From a candidate division WWE3 bacterium (GTDB lineage: Bacteria > Patescibacteriota > WWE3 > JAPLWK01), in NCBI GenBank assembly GCA_026396615.1, contig JAPLWK010000011.1, positions 962 through 64,961 on the forward strand: a DNA stretch of 64,000 bases, read 5' to 3'. A program made the position numbers and the translations under genes. Shown here one piece after another: positions 10,315-18,639 of this stretch. How positions within the stretch are numbered: the first letter of the stretch is position 1; each line of letters begins with the position of its first letter. The notes under the pieces were generated by a model, which saw nothing but the letters and a program-made list of their open reading frames with translations, was not told the origin of the DNA and did no database searches.

Positions 10315-10878
10315 GTGATTGCTTTCATTGATGAATCAGGTACCAATAAACAAGATGGGCACTCAACAATGGCAGTGGTGTATGTAGAAGTAATAAACAA
10401 AGAAATATTTGAAAAGGAGTTTTCAATAATTCTTAAGGAGTTGAATATACAGGAATTTCACTGGGCAGATCAAGGTTGGAAAGTTCGACGAAAGTTTATT
10501 GAGAGGGTTATCAATTTAAATTTCTTTTTTAAAGTGGCTGTGTTTACAAATCCATCGAATCCTGGAAAGATGCTGGAAATTGTTTTTCAACATTTAATTG
10601 TCGAGGAAAATATCCACTTTATATTTATTGATGGTAAAAAACCACGACGATATGAAAACGAATTAAAAAGAGTCTTACGATCCAAGGGTATAACTGTCAA
10701 AAAGTTGCGAACTGTTCGAAGTGAGACTGGCTATTTTGGTGTTCAGTTGGCCGACGCTCTTGCTGGACTAATTCGGTATTTTGAAGATAACCCAAAAGCA
10801 GAAGATGCTAAAGATCTTATACTTAAAGTACAAAGATCTAAAAGAATTTTTGCCAAATATATCTTTTCAGGACAATAA
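10315..10878 (+). CDS. DUF3800-family (RNase H-like) protein
   Basis: N-terminal FIDESG and C-terminal VQLADALAG signature; GTG start 6 nt after TACACT. Confidence 0.8.
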   Translation: MIAFIDESGTNKQDGHSTMAVVYVEVINKEIFEKEFSIILKELNIQEFHWADQGWKVRRKFIERVINLNFFFKVAVFTNPSNPGKMLEIVFQHLIVEENIHFIFIDGKKPRRYENELKRVLRSKGITVKKLRTVRSETGYFGVQLADALAGLIRYFEDNPKAEDAKDLILKVQRSKRIFAKYIFSGQ

Positions 10879-10975
10879 AAAAGCCCCGCAAATGCGAGGC
10901 CAGTTGGTCCGACTAGACTCCTACCAACTGGCAGGAGACTTTCCCACACGGGGATTTGTCACCGGTAACTTGTTA
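10877..10975 (-). ncRNA. Candidate DUF3800-associated structured small RNA (pseudoknot plus intrinsic terminator), convergent with DUF3800
   Basis: Minus strand: CTCCT/AGGAG stem whose loop GCCAGTTGGT is complementary to downstream ACCAACTGGC, then a GCCTCGCA-TT-TGCGGGGC hairpin and T6; the 5' end is approximate. Confidence 0.6.
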
Positions 10976-11025
10976 TAGGGGTATAATACCATATAAATAT
11001 ATTCAAAGCGAATAATACAATATTT

Positions 11026-12699
11026 ATGAACCTAAAAGATTTAATATTTAAAAACGTTCTAGACGCTGTTAACGCACTTTATGGCGACGCCGTTACTCTG
11101 GTGTTACCAAAGCTTGACGTGACCTATCCCCCAAATTCTGACTTTGGCGACTACGCTTGCAATGCGCCCTTAATTATTGGTAAAGAACTTCACAAAAATC
11201 CGATGCAAATCGCTACAGAAATTATCGCTAAACTTCCTAAAGACAACAAAATCGCCAGCGTCACCGCGGCCTCCCCCGGCTTTCTCAATTTCAAAATAGC
11301 AAAAGGGACAACCCAGGCCGTTGTTAATCAAGTCATCAAGGACGGCAGCGACTACGGAACGTTGACCCCAGAAAAGCCTTTAAAGATTCAAGTAGAATTC
11401 GTGTCTGCCAACCCGACCGGACCGCTTCACATCGGCAACTTTCGAGGGGGACCACTTGGTGACAGTCTCGCTAGTGTTTTACAAAAAGCGGGGCACCAGG
11501 TTGAGCGTGAGTATTATCACAACGATTTAGGCAACCAAGTCAAAAAATTGGGGGAATCGATTGTTTACCGAATTAACGAGATCCAAGGAAAACCCACCGG
11601 CGAATTTCCGGAGGGTGGTTATAAAGGAGAATATGTAACAGATTTAGCTAAAAAAGTCATCGAAAATCATACCTCGCCTACCCCCCATACAACCCCTACC
11701 ACCCTTACGGATCCAATCGAGCTTGGTAAATACGCCGTAGATTATTTCCGCGACCAAGCTTTGGAACTTTGCCGAACCGCCGATATCCACTTCGATAACG
11801 TAACAGCAGAGTCAGATGCGATTGATAAAGGCTGGACCAAAAAATCACTGGAGCAACTCCAAAAAGGCGGTTATCTAAAAGTCGCTGACGGCGCCACCTG
11901 GTTCGCCCCCTCCGACAGCTTTCTTGAAGACCGCGAGTGCGTGGTTATTAAATCGAGCGGCGACTACGATTATTTTAGCAACGACATTGGCTATCACCAA
12001 AACAAATTCGAACGGGGCTTCGATAAAGTCATCAATGTGTGGGGTGCTAACCACCACGGCCACATTCCTCGCATGAAGGCTGCCATGGAGGCCTTAGGAA
12101 TTGACCCGAATAGACTTGAGGTTCTGCTCTATCAATGGGTAACACTCATTAGAAATGGCGAAAAGATTGGGATGAGTAAACGAGCCGGCAACTTCGTTTT
12201 AGCCAAAGACGTTCTGGCCGAAATTGGCAGTGATGCTTTACGGTTTACGTTTTTAACCAGAGATGCATCAACGCCGCTTGAATTTGATGTTGAACTGGTT
12301 AAAAAGAAAGCTCGAGAAAATCCGGTTTACTACGCTCAATATGCCCACGCCCGGATGATGAGTATTTTAGGAAAGTCCGATGCTCCTGTTGTAGAAACCT
12401 CAAAGGTGGAGTTGCTGACGACTCAGGAAGAACTGAATATTTTAAAACATCTGAATAAATTTTCGGAATTAATCGCCGAAATCGCAGTGACCTATGGAGT
12501 TCATCAACTCACTAACTATGCACTAACACTGGCTGACTTGTTTCACAAATTCTACGAAACCAGCCCCGTCCTCGCTGCCCGCAACGCAGACATAACCAAA
12601 GACCTTTCCGAAGCCAGAATTGCTTTAGTCAAAGCCACCCAAACCGTCCTCAAGGAAACCCTGCGCCTCCTCGGCGTCTCCGCCCCAGATCATATGTGA
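11026..12699 (+). CDS. argS: Arginyl-tRNA synthetase
   Basis: VEFVSANPTGPLHIGN, GMSKRAG, NPVYYAQYAHAR, LLGVSAP. Confidence 0.97.
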   Translation: MNLKDLIFKNVLDAVNALYGDAVTLVLPKLDVTYPPNSDFGDYACNAPLIIGKELHKNPMQIATEIIAKLPKDNKIASVTAASPGFLNFKIAKGTTQAVVNQVIKDGSDYGTLTPEKPLKIQVEFVSANPTGPLHIGNFRGGPLGDSLASVLQKAGHQVEREYYHNDLGNQVKKLGESIVYRINEIQGKPTGEFPEGGYKGEYVTDLAKKVIENHTSPTPHTTPTTLTDPIELGKYAVDYFRDQALELCRTADIHFDNVTAESDAIDKGWTKKSLEQLQKGGYLKVADGATWFAPSDSFLEDRECVVIKSSGDYDYFSNDIGYHQNKFERGFDKVINVWGANHHGHIPRMKAAMEALGIDPNRLEVLLYQWVTLIRNGEKIGMSKRAGNFVLAKDVLAEIGSDALRFTFLTRDASTPLEFDVELVKKKARENPVYYAQYAHARMMSILGKSDAPVVETSKVELLTTQEELNILKHLNKFSELIAEIAVTYGVHQLTNYALTLADLFHKFYETSPVLAARNADITKDLSEARIALVKATQTVLKETLRLLGVSAPDHM

Positions 12700-12710
12700 A
12701 ACACAAACTA

Positions 12711-12917
12711 GTCATTCCGGGCCTGACCCGGAATCCAGTAACTCCAATCCAAAAATAATTGTAGAGACGCAACATGAGCCAAAGGCTCCCCTTTGGGGTT
12801 GTGTCTCGAGCTTCGTGACGCCTCAATCGGTCGAGGACGACGCATGCGTCGTCCCTACATGATCTAAAGGAGGCCTCCCCCTCAACATTGTAGGGACGGG
12901 GCATGCCCCGTCCTCGG
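12711..12917. repeat. Cluster of REP-like palindromes: one GTCATTCC-type (12711-12739) and three GTAG-type (12761-12807, 12833-12858, 12890-12917)
   Basis: gtcattccgggcctgacccggaatccagt; gtagagacgcaac...gtgtctc; gaggacgacgcatgcgtcgtccctac; gtagggacggggcatgccccgtcctcgg (identical copy at 20273). Confidence 0.85.
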
Positions 12918-12950
12918 TGATAACGAGCAAATGATATAATCTTTGTAGTT

Positions 12951-13334
12951 ATGCACAGGGAACCACCAGAAATAATTAAGCAAGTTGGTTTTGATTTTCA
13001 TTGGGAAGAAAGTAAAGTCTGGGCCCTGGACTTACCAATTGAGGAAATACCAATCTCAGAATTAGAGTGGCATTTTGATGTCCCATTTTGGTTTATGCCG
13101 GGTGGTTATTACGATTTAAAACCTAGAGATGTTATTAACAATAAAATCCTGTACGAAAAAGAATACGAAAGAACCATGAACTCAGATCTTAAATATCCAT
13201 TAGACATAATGCTGTGGAAAGGAAGGTGGCTGTTGCTAGATGGTCTACATCGTTTAGTTAAGGCTTATATTTTGGGGCGGAAAACAATAAAGGTCAGAAA
13301 AGTTCCAACCAGCGCAATCCCATTAATCTCCTGA
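12951..13334 (+). CDS. Small ParB/Srx-like N-terminal domain protein
   Basis: YPLDI...WLLLDGLHRLVKA...IKV matches the ParB/Srx DGxHR motif. Confidence 0.55.
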   Translation: MHREPPEIIKQVGFDFHWEESKVWALDLPIEEIPISELEWHFDVPFWFMPGGYYDLKPRDVINNKILYEKEYERTMNSDLKYPLDIMLWKGRWLLLDGLHRLVKAYILGRKTIKVRKVPTSAIPLIS

Positions 13335-13366
13335 AGTCACACTGGTGTGCGCCATAAATGTCGCCA

Positions 13367-15061
13367 CTACAGATGGATCGCCACGTTTTTAATATCCTTA
13401 ACAATCAACTCGAGCGACCTTCTCCCCTGCCATTCGTTCTTCGACAGCGTGTAAGCGACGTCGACTTTGGCTCCAGGCTTAAGCTCAGCCTCCGTCTCCC
13501 CCATTCCAAAACCGACAGCTCGAAATGAAGAGTTATTTGACCGCAGCATAAGGCTCAGATGTTTGTTAGTTGAACCCATTCTTCGGACGTCGACAACGGT
13601 GACGCCATTAGAGCAGAAGACTGGTTCAGGATTACCAAGTCCAAAAGGTTCGAACTGGCTGACAAGGTCATAAAGTTCCCAGGCAACAACGTCCAAAGGC
13701 AGACACAAGTCGACCTTTAAATCAGGGGTTAATAATTCTTCGGTTAAAATCTCTTTCGAATAAGCCTGCAACGCCTGCTCAAACTCCGGCAGGTTGCTAG
13801 TTTTTATAGTAAAACCGGCCGCGGCGGGATGTCCCCCAACGTTTTCTAACAAGTGTGAGGCGCTGCGTAAAGCTTCGACAATATTAAAGCCAGTGATAGA
13901 CCGAGCGGAACCTTTAGAAAACTCTTCACCAATCGAAACGACGACCGTTGGACGATGATATTTTTGGCAGAGCTTTCCAGCCACCAGCCCAATAACTCCT
14001 TCGTGATAACTCGAATCACCAGCGACGATGACCGCAGAATCAGCTTTTTCGACCAGCAAATTTTCGGCGTGCGATAGCATTTCGGCCGTTTTGGCCTGCC
14101 TCAAATTATTCACTTCTGACAACTTCAAAGCCAGGTCATGAGCTTCAGTTTCATTAGTAGTACAAAGTAACCGCAGGCTGTCCAAAGCTGTCTCTAGTCG
14201 ACCTGAAGCGTTTAGGCGGGGCCCCAGGGCCCACCCAACCTCATAAACACCCAAGTTTTTACCTCGAAGCCCTGCGACCTCCCGAAGCGCTTGCAGGCCT
14301 ATTCTAGAAGACTTATTTAGCATCACTAGGCCTTTTTTGACGAGCGATCGGTTTAGACCAGTCAAAGGCTGCAAATCAGCAATCGTCGCTAACGTGGCCA
14401 AATCAAGCCCCGTTGACCCGGGCAACAATGCTTGAGCTAAAAAGTAAGCGAGCCCTCCAGCGCACAGCTTTTCCGACCATAAAAATTGGCACTCCGGCAA
14501 CTCATTTTCCGGTTTTTGGTGATGATCTATTACTAAAACTTTGAACCCAAGCTCTGTGGCTTCTTCCACTGATTTTACTGCGGTAATACCGCAATCAACC
14601 GTGATTAGCAAACCTAATTTACCTTGAGCCTGTCGAAGGGTTCCCCCTAAACTTTCGGCTAATTTACCACACGCCACAACAGAACTACTACTAAGACCGT
14701 ATCCGTCTTCAAACCGATTCGGTATATACGGCCGGCAGTTTTTATATCGCAAGCCACGATAAATCGTCTCCCATAAAATCGCCGTCGCACTAATCCCGTC
14801 AACATCATAGTCACCGTGAATAATTATTGGCAGATTACTAGAAATTGCTTCTTTGATAAGAGCTAATGCGGCTGAAAGATCATTGGGCGACAGAACAGAT
14901 AAAACATCCAACTCCACATCCGTTAAATCCGCAAAAAAATCCGTGGAAATCCTTAGGTCGTCGAGACCCCGATTTTTAAGCAGGGCCTCTTTGATGTCAG
15001 CTAAGCTTGATGAAGAGCAACTATTTAGAACGCGCCAATTTTTGGCGGGTAAGGATTTCAT
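13367..15061 (-). CDS. recJ: ssDNA-specific exonuclease RecJ
   Basis: DYDVDG, TVDCG, DHH, TIAD, PRLNASGR, GSARS, GGHPAAAG motifs. Confidence 0.95.
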   Translation of the reverse strand: MKSLPAKNWRVLNSCSSSSLADIKEALLKNRGLDDLRISTDFFADLTDVELDVLSVLSPNDLSAALALIKEAISSNLPIIIHGDYDVDGISATAILWETIYRGLRYKNCRPYIPNRFEDGYGLSSSSVVACGKLAESLGGTLRQAQGKLGLLITVDCGITAVKSVEEATELGFKVLVIDHHQKPENELPECQFLWSEKLCAGGLAYFLAQALLPGSTGLDLATLATIADLQPLTGLNRSLVKKGLVMLNKSSRIGLQALREVAGLRGKNLGVYEVGWALGPRLNASGRLETALDSLRLLCTTNETEAHDLALKLSEVNNLRQAKTAEMLSHAENLLVEKADSAVIVAGDSSYHEGVIGLVAGKLCQKYHRPTVVVSIGEEFSKGSARSITGFNIVEALRSASHLLENVGGHPAAAGFTIKTSNLPEFEQALQAYSKEILTEELLTPDLKVDLCLPLDVVAWELYDLVSQFEPFGLGNPEPVFCSNGVTVVDVRRMGSTNKHLSLMLRSNNSSFRAVGFGMGETEAELKPGAKVDVAYTLSKNEWQGRRSLELIVKDIKNVAIHL

Positions 15062-15911
15062 GCCAAATTACTAAAATCGGAGAAGCGGTAAACATGGATG
15101 AGTAGGTCCCGGAAATAGTGCCAACTAAAAGTGCAATCGCAAAAACCCGAATCGTGTCTCCCCCAAGAATGACGAGCGCCAGAAGCATGAAGATAATAGT
15201 TAAAGAATTGTTGAGTGATCGTACCGAAGTTTCGTTAAGCGCAGTGTTAACAAGTTCTGGTAAAGATTTCCCAGGCATCACCCGAGTCAGTTCCCGAATT
15301 CGGTCGTAAACAACCACCGTGTCATGCGTTGAGAACGACAAAATAGTGAGGACTGCCGTGACATAAAGAGTATCGACTTGAATCCCGAAGAAATGGCCAA
15401 GTATGGAAAATACTCCTAGGATGACTAGGGTATCGTGCAACATGGCTGCGATCGCCGCCACCCCAAAGAGCCGATCATGGAAACGGTAAACAATGTAAGC
15501 CATGATCAGGAAGGCCGCGAGAATTATAGCGGCTGCGGTCTTGGTGATTAGCTCTTGACCAAGGAGTGGGCCGATGGTTTCAAAGCTAACGTCGGTGACC
15601 GCTCCGAATTTCGCCGTCAGCTCTTTGGTAATCGACGTCTTTCGTTCTTCGGTTAGTGGCTTGAGCTTAAGTGACAAGTCATCAGGCTTGACGACCGTCA
15701 AAGACACTAATTCCCCAGTCTTACTATCGTCAAAGTATTTCTTGACTTCAGTAGAAGCGACAGTTTTAGAAAACTTTAATTCCCAGACCGTGCCGCCGGT
15801 AAAATCAATCGCCGGCTTGAGTCCCCAAAGCACCAATGAGATAAGACCGGGCACGATGACAATTCCAGAGATAATAAAATATAAATATTTATATTTAAGA
15901 AAGTTAATCAT
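15021..15911 (-). CDS. secF: Protein translocase subunit SecF
   Basis: IDFTGGT, HD, DTVVVYDRIRE, GTYSS motifs; follows secD. Confidence 0.95.
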   Translation of the reverse strand: MINFLKYKYLYFIISGIVIVPGLISLVLWGLKPAIDFTGGTVWELKFSKTVASTEVKKYFDDSKTGELVSLTVVKPDDLSLKLKPLTEERKTSITKELTAKFGAVTDVSFETIGPLLGQELITKTAAAIILAAFLIMAYIVYRFHDRLFGVAAIAAMLHDTLVILGVFSILGHFFGIQVDTLYVTAVLTILSFSTHDTVVVYDRIRELTRVMPGKSLPELVNTALNETSVRSLNNSLTIIFMLLALVILGGDTIRVFAIALLVGTISGTYSSMFTASPILVIWHEILTRQKLARSK

Positions 15912-15915
15912 AAAT

Positions 15916-17235
15916 CTATCGATAAAATAATCGCACTAAAGTCCGTGTCACCACAATTCCGGTAAACAATGATATCGCAATTCCCAAGGCTAACGTTAAT
16001 GCGAAACCACGAACGAGACCGGAGACGTTTAAGAAAGACCAGTTAAAAGGATTAAAAAGCACAAAACAAGTGATCAAAGTACAAACGTTAGCATCGCGAA
16101 TACTTTCCCAAGCCCGCTTAAAACCAAGTTCCAGGGATAAAATACGAGGGCGACCCATCCGTCGTTCCTCTTTAATGCGTTCGAAGATTAAAATGTTGGC
16201 GTCAACCGCCATCCCAATTGATAGTAGAAAACCGGCGACACCGGCCAGAGTTAAAGTCACAGGAACTAATTTGTAGACGGCGAGCGAAATGACACCATAA
16301 ATAATCAAAGCTACATCCGCCAATATTCCTAATTTCCCATAGTTCCCTATCATGAAAATGCCAACGATGAGCAAACCAACAAGACCGGCGAAAATGCTTT
16401 TTTGGACGGAGTCCGTGCCCAAGGTTGCAGAGACCTGCTTCTGGGAAATCAAAGAAATCGGTACCGGCAAAGCCCCGGCTGAGAGTTGAATTGCTAAGCT
16501 TTTAGCTTGATCGACTGTGAACTTGCCGTTAATAACTGCTTGCCCACCGCTGATTTCCTGATTCACATTGGGGGCGCTAACGAGCTGATCATCTAGATAA
16601 ATCGCTAGCGGCTTCCCAACATTTCTTTTAGTAATTTCTTGAAATTTGGTGGCACCGGTATCAGTAAAAACTATTGAGACTTCCGGTTCATTGGTATCCG
16701 GCGCGAATGCTAGAGCCGCTGATTTAAGTTCTTTGCCAGTTAAGCCCGTTGGCACCATTTGGGCCGACTCCGAAGCGCCTTGTAGCTCTCTAAAATCCAA
16801 TACAGCCGTCTTCCCTATTAACTTAAGGGCTTCATCAACATTAGAAAGTCCCGGTAGTTCTACAGTGATCCGTGACTCTGACCCAACGTGTGAAGTCTGA
16901 ACTAACGGTTCAGAAACTCCGAAGAAGTTAACCCGCCTATCGATAACAGCTTTGACGGCATCCAGAGCCGTTGCTTGATCTGATTGCGTAATACCAGTCA
17001 TATCCGCCTTGTAAACGATTTGGACACCTCCCGACAAATCCAAACCTTTTTTAATTTTTAAATCGCGGATGAAGCCTGGCAAGTTTATAGCGTAGCCACC
17101 AATTGACGTGTTTATATTTATAGGACCGTAAGCGAACTTAAGTGGAATTTTGGGAAGATCCACGAGCAGCGCTGCCGCGCTTGTCGCGACAATAAAAAGC
17201 AAGGTCCAAGAATAACGACTCATTCTAAATTTCAT
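15916..17235 (-). CDS. secD: Protein translocase subunit SecD
   Basis: GLDLSGG, GVSEP, GALPVP, GMAVDANILIFERIKEE. Confidence 0.95.
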   Translation of the reverse strand: MKFRMSRYSWTLLFIVATSAAALLVDLPKIPLKFAYGPININTSIGGYAINLPGFIRDLKIKKGLDLSGGVQIVYKADMTGITQSDQATALDAVKAVIDRRVNFFGVSEPLVQTSHVGSESRITVELPGLSNVDEALKLIGKTAVLDFRELQGASESAQMVPTGLTGKELKSAALAFAPDTNEPEVSIVFTDTGATKFQEITKRNVGKPLAIYLDDQLVSAPNVNQEISGGQAVINGKFTVDQAKSLAIQLSAGALPVPISLISQKQVSATLGTDSVQKSIFAGLVGLLIVGIFMIGNYGKLGILADVALIIYGVISLAVYKLVPVTLTLAGVAGFLLSIGMAVDANILIFERIKEERRMGRPRILSLELGFKRAWESIRDANVCTLITCFVLFNPFNWSFLNVSGLVRGFALTLALGIAISLFTGIVVTRTLVRLFYR

Positions 17236-17244
17236 ATTTGAGAA

Positions 17245-17829
17245 TCACTTGAAGAAACTGCAATATTTTTCTTCGTCTCCACATAATATCACACGGGCTT
17301 GTCCAAGCGCCCCTACTAAAAGAGGGTCGTGACGAGTTTTTTGAAAGCCAAATTCATCCTCAGAAAGAGCCATAAAATTAATTTCTTTACCCAAAAAAGC
17401 CTCCTCTTTTTTAACCAGTGATTCCAGGGCTTGCTGGTTTAAATTGCCCACTACCATTAAATCAACTTGATTACGCGAAGATGCTCTACCCTTTATAAAT
17501 TCCAGTGATAACATCGCGAATTTAATATTTCCTAAACTTTCTCGATTTTTAAGAATTTCTCCGCCCAAGCCATATTCACAAGAAAAAAGTTTAATTAACG
17601 GATTTAAATAATAAAAACCGGGGTTAGTTTCGTAATAAAGTCGATTACCACTGTGCCTTTTTTTAAGCATTCCGGCATCGGATAAGTGCATTAATTCTCG
17701 ACGGACGGCGTTGATTTCGGTCCCCACCATACGGCCTAAATCTCGAATGTGAAAGGAAGCCTTGGGAGTTAATAAAAATTTAGCCAATATTTCTCGCCGA
17801 ATTTTAGAGGTAATAAAAACTTCCAACAT
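17245..17829 (-). CDS. Winged-helix DNA-binding protein with C-terminal nucleotidyltransferase-like domain
   Basis: N-terminal wHTH (FHIRDLGRMVGTEINAVRREL...GNRLYY); C-terminal VDLMVVG...REIN-like MNT fold. Confidence 0.65.
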   Translation of the reverse strand: MLEVFITSKIRREILAKFLLTPKASFHIRDLGRMVGTEINAVRRELMHLSDAGMLKKRHSGNRLYYETNPGFYYLNPLIKLFSCEYGLGGEILKNRESLGNIKFAMLSLEFIKGRASSRNQVDLMVVGNLNQQALESLVKKEEAFLGKEINFMALSEDEFGFQKTRHDPLLVGALGQARVILCGDEEKYCSFFK

Positions 17830-17831
17830 AA

Positions 17832-18029
17832 TTAACTTGCGAGAGGACTAATAATATCTTTAGGCGCTACACTTAAAGCCCCACTTTGATAAATAAAATA
17901 GCCACCAACAACTATTACGATTAAAGCTACAACTACTAGCCAAAACCAGAGTCGTTTATAAACCGGCGGCGTTTCCTCTTCAAAGAAAATTGAGGTCACT
18001 TTCGTTTTTGGATCTAAGGAATCACTCAC
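17832..18029 (-). CDS. Small single-TM protein
   Basis: YKRLWFW followed by one hydrophobic helix; GTG start 6 nt after TAAATT. Confidence 0.6.
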   Translation of the reverse strand: MSDSLDPKTKVTSIFFEEETPPVYKRLWFWLVVVALIVIVVGGYFIYQSGALSVAPKDIISPLAS

Positions 18030-18130
18030 ACTTGTAATTTACTCGTTAATATTAGTTTTGTCACTAGGTAAAGTTATAAGAGAGTTTTAGAGTACCGATT
18101 GTCTTCATTAATGATGTGGTAGAATAAGTT

Positions 18131-18451
18131 ATGCCTCAAAAGACAGATGCCGGTAAATTAAAAAGAGAAAATGAAATCTTGCGGGCCGAAATTAACGCTC
18201 TCCGCAGCTCCGTGCGACCAAACTCAAACAATACTTTTTCGTCCTCTATTTCTAAAACTGGTCAAGTATCCAAAGAGCTGAAGTCCGATCTTCGAAATGA
18301 CACTTTAGTCTTAGACTTTAAATATTTACGCAGTGATCTTACTCGCACGATGATTTTAACAAGCCTAGCGACCATCGCCGTCATTGCGCTCTCTATCTTT
18401 GAACCTAAAACTCCCTTTATCCACCAATTAATAAGCTCAATAAATATTTAA
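18131..18451 (+). CDS. Hypothetical protein, coiled coil plus C-terminal TM
   Basis: Fills the intergenic gap; TAGAAT 5 nt before ATG; YLRSDLTRT followed by TM. Confidence 0.6.
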   Translation: MPQKTDAGKLKRENEILRAEINALRSSVRPNSNNTFSSSISKTGQVSKELKSDLRNDTLVLDFKYLRSDLTRTMILTSLATIAVIALSIFEPKTPFIHQLISSINI

Positions 18452-18460
18452 CATCAACTT

Positions 18461-18590
18461 GTCATTCCGGGCTTGACCCGGAATCCAGTCACCCCAAAAT
18501 GAATTCTAATTACCAATTTTTGATCAAAATCGGTTTAAAAATTAAAAATTTAAATCTGTTACTGGATTCTGAATCAAGTTCAGAATGACG
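18461..18590. repeat. Inverted pair of GTCATTC-type REP palindromes with AT-rich spacer
   Basis: gtcattccgggcttgacccggaatccagt (18461-18489) and actggattctgaatcaagttcagaatgac (18561-18589); same pair at 22651-22709 and 47427-47510. Confidence 0.9.
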
Positions 18591-18639
18591 GATTGGTTGA
18601 CCCTTGCTACTTTCTATTTCATGTTCCATACTTATATAG

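Noticed and set aside
12650-12904. 84-aa minus-strand ORF
   Set aside because: Composed of REP palindromes and the antisense of the argS end.
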